Source of the DNA: Myxococcota bacterium
GTDB taxonomy: Bacteria > Myxococcota_A > Bradymonadia > UBA7976 > UBA1532
Assembly: GCA_036337435.1 (NCBI GenBank)
Contig: JAYZEG010000004.1
Span: forward strand, 1 to 55,279
Length of the DNA stretch: 55,279 bases
Direction: 5' to 3'
The notes beneath the pieces are model-generated. The model was not told where the DNA came from, did not search any database, and saw only the letters and a program-made list of their open reading frames with translations. Position numbers and translations under genes: made by a program. Below are positions 48,648 to 55,279 of this stretch, piece after piece (positions within the stretch are counted from its first letter, which is position 1; each line of letters opens with the position of its first letter).

Positions 48648-48869
48648 TGGTCATTCTCGAACTTCAGATTAAGGGTCTCATACGCGATCTCGAGCCGAGA
48701 CAAAACCCTTGACCCGTCCGGATCCAAAATGTCTCGATAAATCCTGCAAAGGAGGAGCTCACATTTATCTCTCGATGATTAAGGTAAGCGCAGTGGCCAT
48801 TTGAGCATTTCAACAACCAAGTGGTGATGTCAGTTGTCTTTGGTGTGACTGTCAGTCAGGATATCGATC

Positions 48870-49877
48870 ATGGATATCATTACCCAAGCAGCACTCGGTG
48901 GCGCAATCGCCCAAGGGGGCTTTAAATCTCATCAACGTCGGGGCGTCGCCTTCGGCGCTTTCTGCGGGATCGTGCCGGACTTGGATAGCTTGCTATCGAT
49001 TGGCGATCGTTGGCAGGGATTGGTCACCCACCGCGGTAGTTCCCACAGCCTTTTGATTCTTCCGTTGCTGGCCATCCCACTCGGCTGGCTCGGGTGGCGC
49101 CTCCTTGGGCGGCGTGGCCATGTTGGCAATTGGATACATCTCGCATTTTGGGCATTGATTACCCATCCGCTTTTAGATTTGTGTACAACATACGGAACGC
49201 AACTTTTCGCTCCATTGAGTAATACACGGTTCGCCTTAGACACTGTGGCGATAATCGACCCGTTCTTTTCTCTGCCGATCTTCGTCGCGCTTTTTGTCGG
49301 ATTTAGAGCAGCATCGTGGCCCGATAAGGCATCTCGTTGGGCTAGACGAACGTTGATTTGGGGCCTCACCTATCTCTTGGTGCAGTTGATTTGGACTCGA
49401 GCGAATGACCACGTTTTTCGTGAGCGGCTGGCAACGGCAGGCTTCGAAGCAGAAGCGATACGGACTCCAGTGCCGGTTCTTTGGCCAGTTATCCGGCATG
49501 CGGTAGCCCATGACAAAGATGGACGCATCGCTGTCTCGAAACAGGTCTTGTGGGCGCCGGAACGGGATCCCATTTTGGTCCTCAAGCCGGATGACAGCCC
49601 GAGAATTCGCTCGGTTCTCGCTTCGCCACGGGGACGAATCTGGACCTGGTTTGCGGACGGCATGGTTGGCATTGAGACACGTGAAGATGGGACGATCATT
49701 TTGTCGGATCACAGATATGGCTTGTATTCGGATAAAACCTACAGCTTTTTTAAGGCTGAGCTGCCGCCGAGTAGCCCTGTCTATCAACTCGAAATGGTCA
49801 GACCCAGCCGGTCTCGAAAAAACTTCAACCTTGGACAAGAGTGGTTGAGTGGCTGGCAACTGATAAGCCAAGACTAG
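48870..49877 (+). CDS. YdjM-like membrane metal-dependent hydrolase
   Basis: MDIITQAALG, PDLD, HRGSSHS, THPLLDLCTTYG, IIDP. Confidence 0.88.
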   Translation: MDIITQAALGGAIAQGGFKSHQRRGVAFGAFCGIVPDLDSLLSIGDRWQGLVTHRGSSHSLLILPLLAIPLGWLGWRLLGRRGHVGNWIHLAFWALITHPLLDLCTTYGTQLFAPLSNTRFALDTVAIIDPFFSLPIFVALFVGFRAASWPDKASRWARRTLIWGLTYLLVQLIWTRANDHVFRERLATAGFEAEAIRTPVPVLWPVIRHAVAHDKDGRIAVSKQVLWAPERDPILVLKPDDSPRIRSVLASPRGRIWTWFADGMVGIETREDGTIILSDHRYGLYSDKTYSFFKAELPPSSPVYQLEMVRPSRSRKNFNLGQEWLSGWQLISQD

Positions 49878-49936
49878 GTAATCAGCAGTAGCTTGGCTTG
49901 ATTGCTCGACATGCTTTATCCGGCGGGCATCTGTTT

Positions 49937-50674
49937 TCAGAGGACTGGAGATTGGCAGAATTCCGCGATGAATGCTGAACACGGTTGTCGTGCCAGTTCA
50001 TCGAGTCGGCCCGCTTGGGTAATGGCCCCGTTTTCAAGGACATAAACGTAATCTGCCAAGGCGGCCACATCACGGAGATCGTGGGACACAAGCAAGGTCG
50101 GACAATTGGCAGTATCAATCATTTGCTTCAAGACCAGTCGGATCGATGTCCTGCTGGCCACATCCATGGCCGCCATAGGCTCGTCAAGTAAGAGTAGCTG
50201 TGGTTCGATTGCAAGAGCTCGAGCGAGCGCGACGCGCTGTTTCTCGCCGCCAGACAGCCTTTGAACAGCTCGGGCTGCTTGTTGCTCACAATCCACTGCG
50301 CGTAAGAGCTCGGTGACTCGGTCGGTTCGCTGGGCTCGTGGCAGTTTCGGATATCGTGCATCTAGACCAAACGCGACATTCTGTCTTGCCGTCATTGATG
50401 GGAACAAGCCGTAGCCTTGCGGCATGTAGCCGATTCTCCTTTCATGAATCGGGGTGGTCGTTTTGGTTGCCGTACTCTCAATGGTCCCACCTTGGAGTTC
50501 GAATTCGATGCACCCGTTCTTGGTCATGCCGGCCATAGCGCGGAGAATTGTTGTCTTTCCACTTCCATTAGGCCCGATGAGTGCTGTGACTCGATGTCGC
50601 CCTTCCATCGTCACGCTGAGCCGATAATCGCCCTGGCTCAATTGAGTTGAGAAACGCCAATGACTTGACTTCAT
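49937..50674 (-). CDS. modC: Molybdate ABC transporter ATP-binding protein (short, no TOBE domain evident)
   Basis: GPNGSGKT, ERRIGYMPQ, LSGGEKQR, DEP, VSHD; in the mod operon. Confidence 0.85.
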   Translation of the reverse strand: MKSSHWRFSTQLSQGDYRLSVTMEGRHRVTALIGPNGSGKTTILRAMAGMTKNGCIEFELQGGTIESTATKTTTPIHERRIGYMPQGYGLFPSMTARQNVAFGLDARYPKLPRAQRTDRVTELLRAVDCEQQAARAVQRLSGGEKQRVALARALAIEPQLLLLDEPMAAMDVASRTSIRLVLKQMIDTANCPTLLVSHDLRDVAALADYVYVLENGAITQAGRLDELARQPCSAFIAEFCQSPVL

Positions 50675-51480
50675 GTAGACCTCGTTTGGTTTCTCAATCT
50701 GGTAACCATCAGAAGGAACGAGAGAATAATGATGCCAAGTGCCGCGAGAATCAGTGAGAAAACGACAGCAAGCTGGCTGTCGGATTCAAAAGCCGAAAAG
50801 ATAGCGAGCGGCATCGTCTGCGTGACACCGGCTAAGTTTCCCGCAAACAGCAGCGTCGCTCCAAACTCGCCCAGCGCTCTTGACCAAGCGAGTGCCGCAC
50901 CAATGACCAGACCAGGACGTGCAGCCGGCAGGGCAACTAGAAAAAAAGCGCGGCGGGGACTTGCTCCCAACGTTCTTGCGACGAGCATCATATCCGAATC
51001 AACACCTCGAAATGAATTCGTCGCTGCTTGGATGTAAAAGGGGGCCGAGACGACAACTTGCGCGATGACTACAGCTGTTCCTGTAAACGGGATCGAGAGT
51101 CCAATTTCGGTCAGACTCGGACCGAAAAGGCCTCCCCGTCCGAATGCCTGTAAGAGTCCAATACCCATAACGGCGGGTGGAATCACGATGGGCAGTTGGA
51201 TCAAGGTTGAGACGACGGTGCGACAGGGCTTTGCTGGACCAGAGAGCCACCAAGCCAGCGGCGTGCCGAGAACAACGATAATGACTAAGCTCAGCAAACT
51301 TGTCTTCAGGGTCAGGGTCAACGCCGGCATAAGCAACGTGTTCGAGACCCCTGCTTTCACGGCGTCTACGCTTGATGTGAGAACGAGCGCAAGCACGGGC
51401 AGAAGTAAGAGGAAAAGCAGGGTGATCGCCGCTGCCAGACCTGTTTTTGTCAATGGGTTATGCTGGAACCGACCCGTCAT
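50671..51480 (-). CDS. modB: Molybdate ABC transporter permease
   Basis: LPIVIPPAVMGIGLL, ARTLGAS, RALGEFGAT..FAGN...TQTMPLAI. Confidence 0.93.
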   Translation of the reverse strand: MTGRFQHNPLTKTGLAAAITLLFLLLLPVLALVLTSSVDAVKAGVSNTLLMPALTLTLKTSLLSLVIIVVLGTPLAWWLSGPAKPCRTVVSTLIQLPIVIPPAVMGIGLLQAFGRGGLFGPSLTEIGLSIPFTGTAVVIAQVVVSAPFYIQAATNSFRGVDSDMMLVARTLGASPRRAFFLVALPAARPGLVIGAALAWSRALGEFGATLLFAGNLAGVTQTMPLAIFSAFESDSQLAVVFSLILAALGIIILSFLLMVTRLRNQTRST

Positions 51481-52283
51481 GGATCACCGGCGGGTAAAAA
51501 ATGATGAGCCTTCAGAATCGCTTGGCCAGACTCTGAGAGAACATAGTTGTAAAACCGCTGTGCAGATTCGTTGATTGAGTGCCCCCGGTTAAGAAGACCA
51601 ATCAGACACGGGGTGCTTATCTGTGAACCAGGTGGTAATGCGAACACGTTTAGCTTGGGCCGATTCATAGCGTCGGTCCGATAGACGAAGCCCGCATCAG
51701 CTTCGTCCATTTCGATTTTTGTTCGAACCACGCGTACATTGTGTTCATGAGAGACGATTCGCGACCTGAGTGCAGAGATAAATCCGTCCCCGTAAATGCG
51801 CTCAAGTTGGTCAAAGATCACGCGAGCGTAGGCTCCGATCGGCACATCTTTTGCCCCTAGGATTAACCGCTCAATCTTGAGCAAATCCTGATGGCTTTTC
51901 ATGGTGTTTTTATGCTTTGCATGGGTCACCAGAACCACTTGGTTTTTAGCAAACTGTGTGACTGTTTTTAGACGCTTTTGTGCTTCTAAAGCGTCCATGT
52001 GCTCGGTGTTTGCTGACACGAAGATGTCGGCTTGAGCTCCGTGTTCAATTTGTGTTCTCAAGGCCTGGCTACCACCGAAACTGAGGCGAAGTTTGTGGTT
52101 TGGCTCCTGCGCCAAGAATCCAACTTCCAAGGCCCTGAACACATCGGTCATCGATGAAGCGATGAGTAGGCTGATTGGCGTTACATCTGCGTTCTTCGTT
52201 TCTTTGGCACATCCCACCATAAATCCAATGCAGACAGACAGTTCGACGGCGACGCATAGTTTACTCAATCTCCGCTTAAGCAT
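51477..52283 (-). CDS. modA: Molybdate ABC transporter substrate-binding lipoprotein
   Basis: ASSM, FGGSQALRTQIEHGAQADIFVSAN, VPIGAYA, ADAGFVYRTD; ATG 52283 overlaps the upstream stop. Confidence 0.92.
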   Translation of the reverse strand: MLKRRLSKLCVAVELSVCIGFMVGCAKETKNADVTPISLLIASSMTDVFRALEVGFLAQEPNHKLRLSFGGSQALRTQIEHGAQADIFVSANTEHMDALEAQKRLKTVTQFAKNQVVLVTHAKHKNTMKSHQDLLKIERLILGAKDVPIGAYARVIFDQLERIYGDGFISALRSRIVSHEHNVRVVRTKIEMDEADAGFVYRTDAMNRPKLNVFALPPGSQISTPCLIGLLNRGHSINESAQRFYNYVLSESGQAILKAHHFLPAGDP

Positions 52284-53391
52284 CTTGGTTTTGACCAGTA
52301 CATTCAAAGACGTGTCCGCACTCCGAGGTGTCGTATCCAGGTACGTGGCAAAGTTGTTGTTTAACCCCCCGACTAGAAAGGGAGTCTATGAATCTCTTGA
52401 TTGCGGGTTGTTCCAATCGATGCCTTGGGAAAAATAGGTCGAAACGTTCTTCCACTATGGGAATGAAATCCAAGTTCTTCTGGAGGGCCACAGCTTCGAT
52501 GGCAACCCCTACATCCGCTTGGCCATAGTTAATGAGCATCGCCAGCTCTTGATGACTTTTAGGGACTTTTTCTTGGACGTCTGGACGTTTTTCTCCACCA
52601 GCATTTTCAATGAGCTCGTGGTGCAGCTTATGGGCACTGGCCCCCGGTTCGCGTATGGCCCATCGAAGGTCTTCTCTCAGGAGGGTCGCTCCGGTTTCAA
52701 CCCCCATTGGGTTACCGGGCGACATGACCAGACCGGCTTTCCACTTGGCGACGTGAACAAGAACCATCGGGGTTTTAGGAAAGGTCTTTCTGGCCAGTTG
52801 GTGATGGGCGCCTATTTTTGTTGACGGGGCTCGATGAACACCACCGCCATGTACCAGTCCGGATCGGAGCATTTTTAACGATTGGCTGCTATTGCTCATT
52901 TGCCAATTCACTCGTCCTAGACCGGGTTGTCGGTTGACCGACTCGGCGATTAGGCCCAGGATCGGGGCGCATCCGGCTACGAACACTTGGTCGTCCCATT
53001 GCGGGGACGTCTCCAAAGTGTCAACCGAGAGTCGGCTGTCTCCGGTGTTGGGGCCATGGATGAGCCCGTCTGCTGGGCTTCTTTCTGTCTGAACCGGGTG
53101 TGCAACCAGCTCACCATCGACACGACCCAACACAACACGTCCCGTGGTTGAACTTAAACCCTTGGCGATCAGCGTCTGGCTTGGTCCATCATTGAGAGTA
53201 AATAACGCCTCAACGCTGCTATTGAGCACTCGGGAAAACATCAGAGACAAGGTTGTCGATGGGATTTGACGCTGGGTCTCAATCAGGATCAATGCCTGCC
53301 GAGAGATACCGACTTTCTTCGCGAGTTGAGCCTGAGACAGACCTTGCTCTAAGCGATATCTACGAATGTGTGATGTGATTGGTACGTTCAA
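52276..53391 (-). CDS. XRE-family HTH fused to a PBP-like (molybdate-binding) domain, probable mod regulator
   Basis: GLSQAQLAKKVGISRQALILIE (HTH_3); AGC, NSSQSL, REPGAS, ADVGVA, FIPIVEERFDL (PBP_like). Confidence 0.85.
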   Translation of the reverse strand: MNVPITSHIRRYRLEQGLSQAQLAKKVGISRQALILIETQRQIPSTTLSLMFSRVLNSSVEALFTLNDGPSQTLIAKGLSSTTGRVVLGRVDGELVAHPVQTERSPADGLIHGPNTGDSRLSVDTLETSPQWDDQVFVAGCAPILGLIAESVNRQPGLGRVNWQMSNSSQSLKMLRSGLVHGGGVHRAPSTKIGAHHQLARKTFPKTPMVLVHVAKWKAGLVMSPGNPMGVETGATLLREDLRWAIREPGASAHKLHHELIENAGGEKRPDVQEKVPKSHQELAMLINYGQADVGVAIEAVALQKNLDFIPIVEERFDLFFPRHRLEQPAIKRFIDSLSSRGVKQQLCHVPGYDTSECGHVFECTGQNQDA

Positions 53392-53429
53392 TGTCAGGGA
53401 ACCATTTGAGTTGCCTATAGATTACTTTT

Positions 53430-53447
53430 TGTAATGTATCGATTACA
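53430..53447. promoter_or_regulatory. Palindromic putative operator TGTAAT-N6-ATTACA
   Basis: Perfect 6-bp inverted repeat about 40 bp upstream of the XRE-PBP/modABC operon, inside an AT-rich patch with overlapping palindromes (53421-53449). Confidence 0.55.
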
Positions 53448-53622
53448 TTGAGATGGTGCTAGTTTAATCGGCTGACTCGTCATTCGGACCGTCTGAAGCA
53501 ACACAGATGTTATGATAACCAGCCGTCTTTGGTTCACTTTTCGGTTGAACGTTTTAGAGGGGGGCTGACGTGCCGTGCTGAGATAAGGCTTCTAGTCTAC
53601 ACCCGCGTTCAGCTACAGACCG

Positions 53623-53662
53623 AAACAAAAAGACCCACTGGAATTACGTCCCGGTGGGCCTT
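53623..53662 (-). terminator. Rho-independent terminator after the DUF2959-like gene
   Basis: Minus strand GGCCCACCGGGA-CGTAA-TTCCAGTGGGTC (one mismatch, G-U pairs) followed by TTTTTGTTT. Confidence 0.7.
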
Positions 53663-53701
53663 GAATGAGCAAACAACTTATTGCTCGGAGTGCGACAGGT
53701 T

Positions 53702-54373
53702 TTATGATTTCTCAGAATTACCCATGTACTGCTTGTACAGCTTGGTGCTTTCTTCGATGCTCGTATTAAGGTCCGTCATAACGACCTTGATTTGATCGCG
53801 AATTGCGCTCATGCCCTCTTTGATTTCGTTGTCGACAACCCCGAGCGTTACGGCGGCATCGAGTGCTTTGATAATGTCCATCGCTTCCTGATGGAGTTTG
53901 TTCATCTTTGTGATTGCAACCTCTGTTTTCTCGAGCACGGCTAGGTAGTTACTGGTTGTCTCTTTATGCTTTGCAATCAGTTGTTTTTTGATCTTTTCGT
54001 TCCCGATACTCTTAATTTTCTTCGCGGCGGCATTGAGCAGCGCTGTGGCACGCTTACCGAGTTTCTTGTAGGCTTTTCTGACGTCTTTGACTTGGCCATC
54101 GACCTTGCCCCACTTTTTGTACGCCTGGTCCAATGTCTTACTCACATTGCGCTTCTCGGTCACCGCTTGCTCGAGGCTAGTCAGCACCTCCAGGCCTTCT
54201 TTAGCAACTTCGTCAGCATCTTTCTTCTCTTCCTCGAATTTGACGATTTGTGACCTGAATTTATCGACGTATTTTGGCAGGTTATTCTTGTTTTGGTTCT
54301 TGCTGCATCCGACCAGTAGAACGCCGCCCATTACGACGCCAGCCAGAGCCACTCTAAACAGTGTATGATTCAT
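53702..54373 (-). CDS. Coiled-coil lipoprotein, DUF2959-like
   Basis: Lipobox LVGC, AGGGAG RBS; all-helical pattern ending DLNTSIEESTKLY, resembling DUF2959. Confidence 0.7.
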   Translation of the reverse strand: MNHTLFRVALAGVVMGGVLLVGCSKNQNKNNLPKYVDKFRSQIVKFEEEKKDADEVAKEGLEVLTSLEQAVTEKRNVSKTLDQAYKKWGKVDGQVKDVRKAYKKLGKRATALLNAAAKKIKSIGNEKIKKQLIAKHKETTSNYLAVLEKTEVAITKMNKLHQEAMDIIKALDAAVTLGVVDNEIKEGMSAIRDQIKVVMTDLNTSIEESTKLYKQYMGNSEKS

Positions 54374-54676
54374 GCCTTATCTCCCTTTAGTTGGCATACA
54401 AGTCCAATGTGCCATTACCATTTGGCCCATTACAGTTAAGCGAACGGTAGCAGACCTTGAGTCAACATAGGTTAAAAAAAATGCTCTTATCGTAAATCGA
54501 AACGGGGTTAAAGGCAGCGATTGGTTATCGTTGCCCGCCCGACAGTGAATGATCGGGCGGTTGAAGCAAATGAAAATACGATCGGCTGGGTGCTTTTTGA
54601 AGTAAACGACCGCGCGGCGAGAGAGTGGTGCGCGAGTTGATGTTATTGGACCCGCGCACCGATGTGTGTTGGTAGA

Positions 54677-55279
54677 TTACTTGGTTGCGGGCGGTGCGGC
54701 TGGTGTTGGCATGACAGGGGGTTGTGGCATGCCGCCTGGTGCAGCCCCTGCTTGCTGCTGAATCATCATTTTGACCATGTTAATCAACTGGTTTACTTCT
54801 GCGTCATTTAGGTTCAGCTTCAACGACAGGTCTTTTCCTTTCGCTGTTACGGCCATTTTATTGATCATCCCGCCGAGGCCCATCATCGCGACCATTGGAT
54901 TCTGAGCCATCTTGGATTTTTCCGCTTCGAATTTTGTTACAGCTTCTTGAGCAAACTTCGCTTCGGTCTCGAGATCGACGGCAAGATTAATTCCTGTCGA
55001 GAAACTGATGGAGGCTTGAAGCTCATTGATGTCTGGCACGCCCTGTGCCGCTTTGTTGGCAATGTTCTTCGGCGGTGTGCCGAAGACCCAGAGTTGTGCG
55101 CTTTGCGACCGATTCTTCGAGAGCTTTTTCATGGCACCTGTCAGACCGGGCTTTTTGCCCACAAAGTGCTTGAGTAGACTTTCCTCGGTCATCAAAACTC
55201 GGCCGTTGTAAGGGGCTGCAACGGCGCCCCCGTCGATTTGGTAGTATGTCTGTTTTCCCATTTTCTTTTTGGCGTTTGT
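54677..55279 (-). CDS. Hypothetical protein (5'-partial) with Pro-rich tail
   Basis: Frame is open to the window edge upstream of ATG 55261 (TNAKKKMGK...). Confidence 0.7.
   Translation of the reverse strand, partial: TNAKKKMGKQTYYQIDGGAVAAPYNGRVLMTEESLLKHFVGKKPGLTGAMKKLSKNRSQSAQLWVFGTPPKNIANKAAQGVPDINELQASISFSTGINLAVDLETEAKFAQEAVTKFEAEKSKMAQNPMVAMMGLGGMINKMAVTAKGKDLSLKLNLNDAEVNQLINMVKMMIQQQAGAAPGGMPQPPVMPTPAAPPATK

Noticed and set aside
49236..49982. 248-aa minus-strand ORF
   Set aside because: Antisense to the YdjM-like hydrolase; no motifs.
53450..53620. Possible Moco/Wco riboswitch upstream of the mod operon
   Set aside because: No recognisable conserved structure; a protein regulator and operator explain the region better.

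Overview
Gene-dense bacterial chromosomal segment (~52% GC by eye). Many Cys-rich TSP3/EGF lipoproteins, a class III cyclase and a CRTAC1-like protein suggest a Myxococcota/Bradymonadia-like deltaproteobacterium (inference). About 36 CDSs; no rRNA, tRNA, CRISPR array or mobile element was recognised. Conventional genes: monomeric icd, modABC with an XRE-PBP regulator, PqqL-like M16 peptidase, Kv-like channel, methionine gamma-lyase, ABC exporter, GST. Most notable: (1) a bacterial Elp3 tRNA-U34 acetyltransferase head-to-head (about 47 bp) with a Trm9/ALKBH8-like methyltransferase, a candidate two-gene eukaryote/archaea-type mcm5U wobble pathway; (2) a B12-binding radical SAM enzyme plus a DUF3050 heme-oxygenase-like diiron enzyme next to an MFS transporter; (3) a GH57-amylomaltase-phosphorylase triple fusion coupled to a GH13 gene; (4) two LysM-bearing paralogues, one an SxxK hydrolase and one missed by the ORF track, flanking an unknown secreted protein; (5) animal-like EGF/LDLa/antistasin and BPI/LBP-like surface lipoproteins. 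All family calls come from reading motifs by eye; no searches were run.
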